Shown here: positions 24,494 through 37,407 of the stretch, one piece after another | How positions within the stretch are numbered: position 1 is the stretch's first letter | Layout: each line of letters opens with the position of its first letter | Position numbers and translations under genes: made by a program | The notes under the pieces: model-generated | What the model saw: the letters and a program-made list of their open reading frames with translations, nothing else | Told to the model about the DNA's origin: nothing | The model's database searches: none | Origin: Vermamoeba vermiformis | Taxonomy: Eukaryota | DNA: 64,000 bases | Direction of reading: 5' to 3' | Assembly (NCBI GenBank): GCA_045837725.1 | Contig: JBEWZL010000064.1 | Location: forward strand, 1-64,000

Positions 24494-27400
24494 CTACTGC
24501 GAGTTAGCGAGCAGCACACCAAAACTGTTGCTTCGCACGAGCTTTTTTGAAGGAGTGTTCGTCAATGTCACTTTTTCCTCTACAAATAATAATAGAGCGG
24601 TTAGAATATGAAGCCAAACATAATCGTTTTGGTGGATTGTTACCTTTCTCGTTGGCACAGTTCCGAACATAAAGAGTGTGTTCGACACTGTCTTTGATGA
24701 TGAATCTGATCACTGTCACATCTTTGGTTTGTCCTTGACGATAGGCACGACCAACTGCTTGTGTCTCGTACGCTTCTGCTTCTTCGCGCGTGCCTGGATG
24801 TGGATCTGAAAACCAACCAATCAGTGAGTGCTCGATCAATAATGCTCTATTGACTATTAATTATAACGTACCCATCAATATGACGTGACTGGCTTCGATC
24901 AAGTTCATTCCTGATGCCACTTTGGTCAAGCTCAGAAGCACCACTTTCACATCGGACTCTTCTGCTTTGAACTTGCCGAGCTCTTTCGACTTCTTGTGCA
25001 CATTGCTAAGAACACAGTGTGATTAACAACTGTTTTAAGGAGGTGTATTGATTGATTGGCACGTACCCTTTGACACTGCTCGTGGGAATGTCATGGTCCT
25101 CTAACACGCGTTGCAACGTGCGTAAGTAGTCAGGGAACTAAATGAATAAACAAGTCAGACTCAAAGTGATGTGTTATTCAGCGCGTACCTGAGAGAACAC
25201 AATGGCACGTGCTGTTTCATCTTTCTCGAACAACTTGCGCAAGAACTGAATCAAGTTGGCTGTCTTTGTGCCGTACTGTTCGAGCAGCCATTCAAATGAG
25301 TTCTTTTGCAGCTTCTTTGGTGGCTCCTGCTCGCACATATGAGACACCTGTCAAACCTCATCATATTGTTGGTGACACTTACAATAGCCTCGTACATCGC
25401 TAACAGGTTTTCAGCTGTTTCAATGTCGCGCTCTGCTTTTGTCTTTTCTATCTCATATCGACCGAGAAGAGCACGACGAGTGCTGTGATGCATTTCTCCC
25501 AGGGGTTTGCTTTTCGAGTCTTTATCAATCTGTTTCACAATCGCTTTCTTCTCAGCAATGCGAGTCTTCTTCACGTCCTTCCAGTATTCTCTGACTTCAG
25601 TCAATGTCTCGCCCCATGCACTGTCGAGCTTGGTGCACAACAAACGACGAGGATCAGCCTTTGGGTTGTAGCGGTACTTCTCAGTTCCAAGATCGTTGTA
25701 AATGGCTTGTTCTGTCGGCGACAACGATAACAAGATCACTTGACGTTTAGTCTTGACCATTTCGTACTCTTTTTTGACGCTTTTCTGTTCTCAGAAGTTA
25801 GCACGGTACCTCATTAATAAATTGACATTTACGTACTTTTGTGTTTCTCCATACAAGATTATTGATCATTATGTCATCGAGAGCAGCCCTATACAGAATT
25901 AGAGAACAATAGACTCGTCTGTATATATGTTGCATACTCTACGTAAACTTCGGTCTTTGGTCGACGGAAGATACTGCACTGAAATTTGGCGTTCCAGAAT
26001 GTCGAGAGCTCATGATCTTTGCTTCGAGGCAGTGTCATTCCCAGAAATTCTCGTGCACGCTCCAAAGAATTCCTGCAATGTGTTTAGCGATAAGCACGAA
26101 CGTGTCTAGGGCACTTACAGCGTTGGGAAGGGAGTGCCAGTCATGTACCAATTGAAGTCTCGTTGCAACGCATTCAAATCGCCTGTCAATATGCGATCAG
26201 TATCGCTGCAATGCTGTCATATCAACGACGTACCTGATCGATCTATAATCTCGTGGCCTTCATCGATGATGATGCGATACCAATGGAAATGGTTCAAAAT
26301 GATTCCTTTAACGCCACTAGGATCTTTATCTTTCACTTTCTAATGGACGAATTAGTGACGTTAGTCAACCTGAATAATAACGATCTTACATCGAGCTTTG
26401 ACGCCCAATTTTCAGCAAATTTGAGGTAGTTGTTGTTTTGCAGCAAGTTATGCGTGACAATAATGACGTCTAAAAACGAGGACTCGTTAGTCTAAAAAAA
26501 GTCCATATTCAGAACTCGTACCAGCATCCATGATCTGCTCGTAGGTGTACTTCTTGACTTGCACAATGGTCGCGAGTTGAATCACGGTCAGTTTCTGCTC
26601 AGAGTACTTCTCAATCTCTGCGTTCCACTGATGCACCAACTGATTCGGACACAACACAAGTGTCGCTTTGCTTGCAAAGTACGGTGATGTGTCACGCTCG
26701 TTCAGACTGTCAGGCTTGGGATTGGACAGAATCAGACCAATAACTATCGCAGTAAGGAATGAGCACGTAGACTATGAGATTTATAAATGAAAGTCAGGTG
26801 TTACCTTCAACAGTCTTTCCAAGGCCCATCTCATCAGCGATCACTCCTCCTTTCGGCGTGTACGTCAGATTGTGTTCTGCTGCGTTCTCTCGAAGCACGA
26901 GTTCCCGTCCAGTTGGTGTTGGATTCAATAAGATACTTCCGCACTCAGAGGGGATCAATGGCGACACCGACACCCCTTTGTGGCACTCTTTCTCGATGTT
27001 GACCATCCAGTTGATAGCTTCGATTTGGTACTGGTGCAACTTGACGTTAACAATTTCTTTCGGTTGCTCAGTGATGACCGGAAGTACCTGCAAATGATGT
27101 CAAAAAACCGCGCCATCATACAAAGCACGACAAAGTGGTCAAATTATCACTTAGTATGTTCATTAAAATGTGTTCCTGTAGCCCAACTTACCGTAGGAGT
27201 GAATGTGTCCTCAGGCTTGAAGATGCGTGAGAGGTAATCGGCCTTAAATGCCAGGCAGTCTTGAAGCACCTTTGATTTGTTGAGAATATAGGCCGAGATT
27301 AAATCCGTAGGAAATTTTTGTTTCTTGCGGATCTTGTTTTCGAGCCTAGAATTTTAGTCAAGTACGTTAATACTCAGTTGAATCACAGTATTCATGTTAC

Positions 27401-28166
27401 CTGTAATAGTTTATCTTGACATGCAGATGGTAGACTTCGGTACTGTACATATAGTACCTCTGAACCTTGACGAGCTCGTAGTCATAAATGTCGTCGGCCA
27501 CATCCGTCAACCAGCAAATAGGGTAGGTTGATATTGTAGCAAGAGCGCATTGCTTGCCATCACAAAGCAACTAAGTTAAGGTAAATATCATTCCCTGCAA
27601 TTGGTCATTGGATCCTTACTTGAAGTACTTCGGTGCCCGTGCTGGCGTAACCTTTAACGTAAGATGGAGTTGGGATCACTTTAAAAGAAGTAGGAGCGGG
27701 ACCACGATACTCAGCATATGGATTAGCTGAGTAGTATGGATCGGGGTCTTTTTGTGCCTTCTTGTGGTCTGCGAAGACGTCAGCGCCAAAAATCGGATCT
27801 GTTTTCCAATAAAAACTTACCGTCCCATATAATTGAAAGAGGGAGGTTAATAATAGTGGCCCAGCCAAATGCTTCGTCTTTTAAGCAGGCATTCCACGAC
27901 CAACAAACTTGGCTTGCTCGGCGCAGATCTTGTGTGTTGAACTTGTTGATGGTAAAAATTCTAAATAATATTTCCGGCGGTATGTAATGGGACCACGATG
28001 ATTCCATACTCTCTTCGTTATTTTGTAACTTCTTTGGGGTTGTCTTAGCGGCATCCACCTTGGAAACTGATTTCGTCTTCGATTTCGGAGAAATCAGCTT
28101 CTGCTTCTTGGTGGGGCTCTTGTTTTTATCCGAAGCGCTAACTCCTCTCTTTCTTTTTGGTGGCAT
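24494..28166 (-). CDS. F-box + SNF2-family ATPase/helicase, copy B (inverted paralog of copy A)
   Basis: MPPKRKR, F-box YIPPEILFRIF...ASQVCWSWN, GGVIADEMGLGKT, WYRIIIDEGHE, QAVGRAYRQGQ; matching intron positions with copy A. Confidence 0.9.
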
Positions 28167-28357
28167 AGGTTTGTGGACGATAGTTGCAGTTGGTTGTTAC
28201 ATACAAAATGTAACGAAAAACAAAATTTTGAAATTCGACTGCAAAAAAAGGCGCCAACATTAACAATTGTTGCATTAAGCATTTTAATACTTACATTTAT
28301 AACAAAGCATAACGTAGCTCTATGCCACGTATTAATATTAACGGATCTCGTTCCGTT

Positions 28358-31300
28358 TCATTCGAGCTGTTGCAAAACCTCTTCAATTGATGGCCGTTGC
28401 TCAGGAGACTTCTGCCAGCACTGTTTCATCAGTGAAGACAGCTTTGTAGGGAACGTTGAAGGCACTTGTGGCGTTAATCCTTCGTCACGGATCTGTCTTC
28501 CGATGGCGATCGGATCGGCGTTCAAGTGTGGTTCTTGTTGCGCAATAACTTCGTACATAAGAATACCAAATGACCACACATCTGAACAGGCACTAGTTAG
28601 TCGATATTGACAGCGTTATAGGTGCTAACGTGACCTGACTTGGTTGAGTACTGTTTGCTGCCAAGTGACTCAGGTGACATCCATCGAATGGGTCCAAGTT
28701 CTGATTTGGTTGTGCCTCGTTGTTGTTGATCGTCCACAATGCGTGACATGCCAAAGTCTGTCAGTTTTGGTTCTCCTTGATGCAACAACACGTTGCGTGC
28801 TGCCAAGTCTCGATGCACAATGTTGTTCGAGTGCAAGTGAACGATACCACGAGCGATGCCTTGCAACAACTGAAGCTTTTGATTGATGGGCATTTCTGGT
28901 GCGTTCTTGTCCATCAGCTGCTTGTCTAATGATCCGCCGTTGCAGTACTCGAGAATCAAAATGACACTGTTCGTTTCAGGATGCACACTAAAGCCAAAGA
29001 AGTTGCACGACATTTGGATGAGGTCGCATGTTGATCATCAGTGACAGTTCGGAGATGACACTTTGATTCGCTTGTGTCATGCTCACTTTCAATGCAACAT
29101 CAGTGTTCTTCCACTTGCCTTTGAACACTTGACCATTCGCTCCTTGACCCAACTGTTCTCTGAACTCGATTTCAGTGAACGGTGTGAACCATTCACCGAA
29201 CTGTTGTTCCAATCCAACTGTCGTCGTTGTTTGTCTTCTCTTGCGTCTTCGTAACAGAATGAGTAATAAAGCAAGTCCTGCACCAAGAACAACTACGACG
29301 GGAACGACAATTGCTGCAACCAACTCGCCAACGGTGAGGCCATGAGTTTGATGGAGGTTCAACAGAAGGTGCAATAACTACATCAGATGGAGCTGCTACG
29401 GGCGTCTGTTCTTTAAATATGACGTCGTCTGACACGATGAGCACTGAGTCCGAATACAAGCCTGAAGATACAGTGCCACCAGCGATCAAAGTGAGGTTGC
29501 CAACATGAATGATCGTTGATGGAATGACCTCGTAGTCCAACTCTTGCGTGTTCCACTGGTCCGAGTCTGGTTGAAAAGATCTGTAGCTGGTTATCGGAAC
29601 AAACGGCGATGATGTAATCTCCGGCCGCTGAGATGGCAACGAATGGCGAGGCTGATGGCAGCAGTGTTGTTTGCCATCCCTTCAGAATCGTATCGTAGTA
29701 ATATAATGCGGTGATGGAGTCATTTTTCCGCATTGACACGTACAGCGTTTCTTTGTAGGCCACAGGTTGTTGTATGAGGAGAGTTGCGTCGCCGGTCGAA
29801 ATGTTTGTTCCCACGTGAGCAGATCCGGAGCAAATTTGTAGAAGTAATCGAAGCCCTCGCTATTGACATACGCAACGCCGTCAATGACTGGGGTCTGATA
29901 GTGCAGATTGTTTAGCCATTTCGTTCGTGTAATTGGACGTCCTGCAGGGGTGTTGGTGTACGTCGTCCAGTTGTCAGATTTGATGTCGTATATTCCGTAT
30001 ACTCCAGGAATCCACACCATGATGCTGTCGTTGAACCCTGCGGCATTCATGAACGTCTCTCTGAACTGTTCATCTCCTGGCTGCAGGAAGAGCTCAGCTG
30101 GCATATCTTTCGTCGTCCACGTGTCATTGACGTAATTGTACACGTCCATCTTCTTGTATTGCTGCAGTCCAGCTAGTGATGTGAAGCTCTGCATGACGAT
30201 GAATGTGTCGTTCTCCTGGGCAGTTAGAAAAGGGCTGCTTATTACGGTGTTAATGGGTTGAATGTCGGTTGCATTTGTGACGGGCATAGTGCCGTTGATA
30301 GGATCGACAAAGAACCCATTGACGAGAGCTCGTGGGACTAACACGGAGTTAAGTCTCTGTGTAAATACATTGAATCCTGTCGATATGTACTGACGCCAAG
30401 TTGCACCGTTCGCAGTGTCGAAGACATTCAAAAGTCCGTCATTTACGAAAAGCGCAGTTATCTCAGCGGAGTTCGATATGCTTGACACATCCTTCTTATC
30501 TGTGTCGACTAAATAGATGCGGCTGCTGTCGGCATAGACGTAGACTGTTGATGTCCATGGTTGTGCGAATTTGACAGGTCCGTTCGTCGGAGAGAATGCT
30601 CTTTGGTAAACCTGTCCTCCAATGACTAAGTTATCATCCGTGACGTAAATTATGACATCGTTGAGAATGAATCCAATTCTGATGAATTTAGCATTGACAT
30701 CTGTAGGCGATGCCCCGCCCCAGCCATAAATCACGTAATTATCGCCAAATAGATGCGTGAGATCATTTTGCGTGACTGAGCTGACAATGTTGAACGCGTC
30801 CAATTCTTCGTGCCACTCGTCGCGGAGGAAATGGTACAGCAGACACCTGTCACTCAATCGCACCACCAACACGTTGTTGGACACGTCGTATGTGCTCGAC
30901 TCGAATGTGACATTAGCTGTAGTCACGTTGTCGTATTTGACAAGCTCTTTCGTGTTGTAGTTGAAGATCCAAGCGTGCGATGAAAATTCGTCGGTTTTGA
31001 AGTGTTGACCACCAATGACAAAGACGTATTGTTGGTAAGCAAATATCCGTGCGTTGGTCAATGATATCATCACTTCGGTCAAGTTGCTGTTGGAACTCCA
31101 ATTGCCGCTGGTCATGTCGTAAAAATCCACCGAGAAAGTTCCAACAACTGTCAAAATTGAGTTGAACAGTGAAAGTTGCTTGGGCTCTCGAACTGTTGGT
31201 CCAGCACTTTGCATTTGAACGAAGGACCTGTTTGAGGGCTGATACAGAAAGGGAGGATTGTCGTGGGAAATTCCGGAGAGAAAATAAATATTTTGGATCC

Positions 31301-31584
31301 ACAACGACAGGTGTCACGAATCCTCTTGAAGTCGGAAGGGATAGCGGATCAATCCATGTTTGATTAATTGCATCGAATACATCAACTTTGTCGCTCGCAA
31401 CCTTCTGGTGGAAGTCGAATCCGCCAACGAAGAGCACTCGATCTCCAATTGAAACAGATGAAACTGCTGTTCGGGGAGAGGAAAGCGTCGTAGAATTGAC
31501 GGGTACTTGCGCTGTAATTATGTGCACCGCTACAGACAGAAAAAGTACAGAGACGCTCCAAAACGTTGACGAAATCCGCTTCAT
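28358..31584 (-). CDS. Receptor tyrosine kinase with Kelch/beta-propeller-like ectodomain (five apparent frameshifts; assembly error or recent pseudogene)
   Basis: Signal peptide; Kelch-like VLFVGG..KVDVFD..QTW, VFVIGG, TLIAGG; TM VAAIVVPVVVVLGAGLALLLILL-RRRKRR; kinase LGQGANGQVFKG, VALK, HRDLAARNVLL, DFG, GPIRWMSPE, DVWSFG. Confidence 0.8.
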
Positions 31585-32521
31585 TTTCTGTATTAAATGT
31601 CTAAAAATTAATTAGTGCCACAACTGCGTATATATTTTGTATAAGTAACATCGGTATACCGAAGCTTCTCAGTTAATAAATTAATTTTGCTGATTTTTAA
31701 ATATTTAACTGAACGTTTACCTCCAAGGATCGGCAGCAAGCTCTCAGATTACAAATAGTTACTCGTGGGTGTGATTCTCTTCGCGCTCTTTAATAAATAA
31801 AAAGAAATCGGTTGCGGGAGAAGGAGACGAACCCCCTGTCAGTTTTTTGTTGACGTTTTTGAAATTTAGTCCTCCTATTCAAAGTTAACCTCTTATTAGA
31901 GGCCATATAAAGGAGAGTTAATAACCATATCATAAGCTTACCTGAAGTGAAATTGTACCACTTCGAACGATTTTAATCCGGCGCGGAACAAATAAGAGAA
32001 TGAATCTAGCGAGCTCCAAACCAGGATTGTAGTCCCCAGTAGGTTGCAAGCGTACCGTTGATAATTGGCGCAATCTTGTTTTGCAGCATCGGTAAATAGT
32101 AAGAGCAACAGAACTTTGATCTAACCAAATATTAAATAGTGTGCGTCCAATAATTTTGTAAAATTTTGCTTACCGCTGCCTTTCGAATGTACTAATTACT
32201 ACAGTATATTTTGATGCTAACCAGTGCGCAGAATTACTTTAACGCAAATCCGGGCTTTCGAAATTTGTTTCTCAGGCTAGGCTGCCCCTTGGAATATTCA
32301 AGGTACGATGAACATGTTATTACCATTGCTATGTTAATAGTTGCTCTAAATTGGGTTGGACGATGATTGTGTGTTTCGATCTGCTTCATTTTATCTGATT
32401 TAGCTTACCACGGAGTAGGTCAACTAATTAATTTGCAGGATATTAAATGCTCAAGCATGTGCTAATCAGTTAATTTGCAAGACGAGTTTATATCTAGCTC
32501 TGAATCGAGTGAAATGTTTTA

Positions 32522-34742
32522 TTAAGTCAGCTTGATCTCCGTGATCCAATGCTGAGGTTTTGACAACTTCCATCGCGTGCCATCAAACTCCTCGTAGAAT
32601 ATGATCACTTTGCCGTAGAACTTTTTACTGACAGGCGTTGGTACTGCCCAAATAACACGTTGTTTTTCCTGATGTTGCGACGGATCAAACAGCATCGTGT
32701 GGTACATGTATGGAGTGTTGTATTCGGGGTTCTTACCGCTCAATGCGTTGACATTCAACAGCGATACTTCTAAGGAACTATTTGCATTTTGATGCTTCAG
32801 GTACATGATCCCAAACCTAATACAAAAGTACCTTCAGAAATGCGTCTTTATCGACCTATTTGTAGGTACTGACCTTTGTGTTGCACTCATTTTGAAGTAG
32901 CGTGACACATATTCGTGCGTGCCGAGCAATTCTTTGGCACGTGATACAAGCTCGTAGGCCTTGAGCGAAATTGTTTTCTGATTTGGTTTTCGTTAATAAT
33001 ATTAAACAACTAACACGTAATCTTTTGACATACTCTTTTTCGCTCATGCGTGGTCTTTGTTACGAATAATATTTCACAGTTGTCATTTGCATGCTCAAAG
33101 TCAATCAGTTTTGCACCACTGTTGTAGCCTGACAAGAACAACTTGCCGTCTTGCATCTGAAAACAATAAACGAGATCAGAATCAATTGAATTAATGATGA
33201 TGTGTGGTACGTACAGGTTGTAACGATGTACGATTTACTTCATCAAGTTGAAGAATGCTGATGAGTTTCAACTGATTCGGATCCGAAAGGTAATCAATGA
33301 AGCGAATCAATCGACCAGAGACCATCACAAGTACACCGCAATGCACTATCATATTCGATGAATTGCTCTACAAGCGGAGTTCGTTAGATTGATTTTGAAG
33401 GAATATCAGGCCTTAAATTACGTACCAATTTTTCAGGGTAGAATCGCAGTGTTTTCGAGTTCAAGTCATACATCCAGGGAACACCAGAATATTGGCGTTC
33501 AATTGCACAAATTCCAAACACGAGTGACTTGTGTACGCCCAACAAAATGACTATCGAGGTCTCAATATCCAGTTGAATCTGATCTGGCTCAGAATGGTCG
33601 CTAGTGAAATTGAACACATTGAGCACTTGTGAGTCACTGAGCGCGTAAATTGAATTTCCTCGAAAGATGACATTTGGCTCGCCGTAGAAATATCCTCGTC
33701 GAGTGAAGTTTTTGATGCTAAAACTCTTCACCAATCGCATATCATTCAAGTCGTACACGTTCAATATCACATGCGTTATTACTCCTTCGGTTTGTGTGTC
33801 GACAACAACGACTAAGTGCTTTTTGGTCGGATCTTGATTTGCAAGCACTATTCGTGCATTTTGAGTCGCTAGATATGGTACATAATCGTGAGTATTTACT
33901 TAAGATGTTCGCAATGGACTTACGAAGACGATGCTCAAAGCTTTTAGGTCCTTGCGCTGATTGATCTGGATCCTTCATCGCAATGTTATTGAAAAACGGT
34001 TGAACAGAATAGCCATTCCAATCCTATTGATAGTAATAATGATAAATTCAGCTTTCATTGTGAGATATACTTACGAGCTCAGCTAATCTATTTCCAAGGA
34101 CGACGAGGCTTCTATCATTTCCAAGCTGAAAACTCTGCACTTCTTTTCGCGTGGTAATATTCAATATTGCTGATTGATAGTTGTGATCCACTGCATTGGA
34201 CCTATAAGCAACATCTTTTAGCGTTTGGAGTCGAGATCCGATCAGAAAAATTTGGTTACCCTCGACCAGTTGTACGAAGCCAATTGACAACGATATTATT
34301 ATCATCCAATATAAATGATTCTCCTGTATATATTCTATCGGAGCTTATTCTGTTCACTGCGAGTGCGTTGACAAGAACTCTTTCATAAAGTTAGCTATCA
34401 GCTCTAATAATTCACTGCTGGATTCCTTACCTTCCTTTACGAATATTGTAATTTATTGCGCTATATTTTGAAGCTAATTCGATCCAATTTGAATTTTCAT
34501 CAATAAATTCGAGATCAAACTCAGAAATACAAGCGACCTGAGCGATAAATTTAATTAATAACACGATAATTTATATAATATTATAGGCTTACTCTCCATA
34601 ATCGTTGATTTGATAAACTTGTCAGAATAGCTTTGGCCACGAAACGTAACCTCAACAAATCCACGATTGCAAGGTGATTGAATATCAATTCATTGATCTC
34701 CTGTAACGACCAAAGATAATAGTCAAATTCGTTGTGTTCCAT
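32522..34742 (-). CDS. F-box protein of a local three-member family, copy 1
   Basis: MEHN...QEINELIFNHLAIVDLLRLRFVAK...LWR; beta-rich middle; C-terminal NPEYNTPYMYH...FYEEFDGTRWKLSKPQHW. Confidence 0.78.
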
Positions 34743-34806
34743 ACCAGCGAGTTTGACCAACCTTTGCAACAATTTTTTTGTGCGTGGAGTAGATCTTGCT
34801 TAGTTT

Positions 34807-35001
34807 GGGACCCGTGTCGGGCGGAGACCGACGTCCGATTCCAGCCGACTGCCGGGCCGGACGCACCTCACCAGTGGGAGGAATATGAGGGAGGCGGACC
34901 GACCACGACAGGTGGACGCCCAATAAGTTTATTTGATGGGGGGGGCCAAGGGCTGTGGAGCGGGGCAGCAGACGTCCGTCCGGCCCGTATAAACGGGCCC
35001 C
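34807..35001 (-). other. GC-rich (~67%) non-coding element with nested inverted repeats; candidate structured RNA or small non-autonomous insertion
   Basis: Terminal pairing 34807-34815 with 34993-35001, perfect 11-bp inverted repeat 34853-34863 with 34977-34987, further hairpins; AT-rich flanks. Strand chosen because two mismatches become G-U pairs on minus. Confidence 0.5.
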
Positions 35002-35125
35002 TTTTGTAAATAATTGTTTTCAATCCCTTTTATTCTCATTTTTGTAATGCCGTGCATTGTAAATTTACACCGTTACAAATGCATGCATCAATTAATTACA
35101 ATTCGTTATTATGTTCATCAAGCAT

Positions 35126-37407
35126 CTATTTGATGTACTCCGCCCAATGCCGAGGTTTAGACAACTTCCATTGCGTGCCATCAAACTCTTCGTAGAATAA
35201 AATTACTTCGCCAAAGAATTCTTTGATCGGTGGCGGAATAACCCACACAATACGTGGTTTCTCTTCATCAGCGCCTAGTGTCATGCGATGGTACATGTAC
35301 GGCGTGTTGTATTCGGGGTTCTTTTGCGTAGCGAGACTAAAAGTATCAGCTAATTTGAGGGCTTGGTTTTTTCTGACTTGATTTTTCGCATAAATTATGC
35401 CAAATCTGGTAAAACACAAATAATTAGTATTCAAGTCTTGAAGTCGTTAAATAGCACTCGAACATTGTACGTACCTCTGTTCAGCGTTCATTTTGAAGTA
35501 GCGAGACACATATTCGTGCGTGCCGAGCAATTCTTTGGCACGTGATACAAGCTCGTAGGCCTTGAGCGAAATCTGAGTCTATAGCAAAGGTTTATCCTTA
35601 AATTAGCACTTGATGGTTCAATTTAAATCGTCTGTCTTACGTATTTCGTTTCGCCTTTTGATGTTGCGCTCTTTGTTACGAACAATATTTCACAGTTGTC
35701 ATTTGCATGCTCAAAGTCAATCAGTTTTGCACCACTGTTGTAGCCTGACAAGAACAACTTGCCGTCTTGCATCTGACGACAATAAACGAGATCAGAATCA
35801 ATCTAGTTAATGATGATGTGTTGTACGTACAGGTTGTAACGATGTTCGATACACTTGATCGAGTTGCAGAGTGCTGATGAGTTTCAATTGATTCGGGTCT
35901 GAAAGGTAATCTACAAAGTACATATATTGGCCACACTCTACCACGAGCACTCCGCAATGCACTATCATGCTCTTGATCGTTCGCTAAGAAAAGCAATTAA
36001 TGTTCGATTCTGCAGAAAAGGCTGGAAACCAAAAGAATTGTCCGTACAAACATTGAATCTCTGAGAGTTCGGGTCTTTTTAGTGCCCAGGTCATAAAACC
36101 ACATTCCTGAAGCGGTATCTGTTGAACTGTTGATAGCTCCAAACACTACTGATTTGTGTGCCCCCAACAAAAATCCGGTCTCTTTTCCGAATGACACTTG
36201 GTGCTGGTCCCCTTCATCACGTCCACTCGTCAAATTAAACACGTGCAGTGTATTTGTTTCTTCTTGCCAAGCATAGATAAAATCGCCGTGTAAAATCACG
36301 TTGGGATTTGAATAGTAGTAGCCAGATTTCGCGAAGTTTTTGATGGCAAAGCTCTTCACAACGGATTCTTCATAGAGATCATACGCGCGCATTACAATAT
36401 CAGTATTAGTACCTAGAGTGTTGGGTGTACCATCCACGATGACAACGATGTACTTTTGATCCGGATCTGAATTTGACAGAATCGTGCGAGTATTTCGATT
36501 GGTGGCTATTATTAACACATTAATGTGTTAATTAGTGGCATCTTTATTAATATTTTACTTACGAATAGCGTTATCGAAGGTGTCAGTTTGACCTGAGTCG
36601 GATAATTTAACATTCGTGAAATAGGGCTTAACATTATAACTGTTCCAGTCCTATGGCAATAATTAATCAATTATCACTAAGTATTATTTAATTCATAACG
36701 GATAACTTACCAGTTGTGCAAGCTTGTCTCCGATGACAATAAGACTTCGGTCTTTTTTAAGTCTTATTTGATGTGCTTCTTTTCTCGTGGTTATATCTAC
36801 TATTGCTGAATGATCGCTATAATCCAGCGAACTAGACCTGAAAAGCAAAGAAAATTAGCACTATAACTCCGAATTGGACTGGTGGTTTACCCATGACCGT
36901 CTGTACGAAGCCAGTTCACTACGATTTTGTTATCGTCAAACACAAATGACTCGCCGGTATACAATCTATTATTGTTGGTGGTATTCACTGCGAGCGCTTG
37001 AACGAGAACTCTAGTTGAGAAATTGGTGTTAAAGAAAATTAAGCTCGAGGGATTTGAATTGATTTTATAATAATTTACTTAAGTATTCCTTACCTTGCTT
37101 TACGAATATTGTAATTTATAGCACCATATTTTGAAGCTAATTCAATCCAATTCGAATTTTCATCAATAAATTCGAGATCAAACTCTCGGATGCATGTTGC
37201 CTAGGCGAGAATAATTAAATTATAACGTTATTAATTCGAAGAATATTGTTTTCTTACCTTCCAAAGCTTTTGATTTGATAAACTCGTCAGAAGAGCCTTA
37301 CACACGGAACGCAACTGGAGCAGATCCACTACAGAAAGACCAAGGTTGAAAATCAACTCCTTAATCTCTTGTGGCAATGACAAAAGACTAGGTGCGTTGT
37401 GTTCCAT
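35126..37407 (-). CDS. F-box protein, family copy 2 (tandem with copy 1)
   Basis: MEHNAPSLLSLPQEIKELIFNLGLSVVDLLQLRSVCK; C-terminal NPEYNTPYMYH...FYEEFDGTQWKLSKPRHW. Confidence 0.8.

Noticed and set aside
24473-24496. In-frame TAG followed by LRFRQE* aligning with ELCRSQE* of copy A (possible readthrough or stop reassignment)
   Set aside because: Single GAG>TAG change removing seven residues; TAG is used as a normal stop elsewhere (Eco1, F-box copy 2).
6383-28166. Inverted SNF2 copies as terminal inverted repeats of a large transposon or endogenous virus
   Set aside because: Identity is confined to parts of the genes, enclosed genes are cellular (VAMP7, GPCRs), and no transposase, integrase, polymerase or capsid is seen.
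31810-31836. tRNA-3'-half-like sequence on minus strand (GGGGGTTCGTCTCCTTCTCCCGCAACC)
   Set aside because: No matching 5' acceptor strand, D arm or anticodon arm upstream; T loop non-canonical; likely chance.
34807-35001. Identification of the GC-rich element as tRNA, SRP RNA, HDV-like ribozyme or RNase P/MRP RNA
   Set aside because: Only partial resemblances (B-box-like GTCCGATTCC, AGCAG, stem order); required conserved spacing and nucleotides are not met, so no name is assigned.
34734-35009. ORFs 34734..35009 (+) and 34723..34923 (-) across the GC-rich element
   Set aside because: Non-ATG starts, no motifs; openness explained by high GC.
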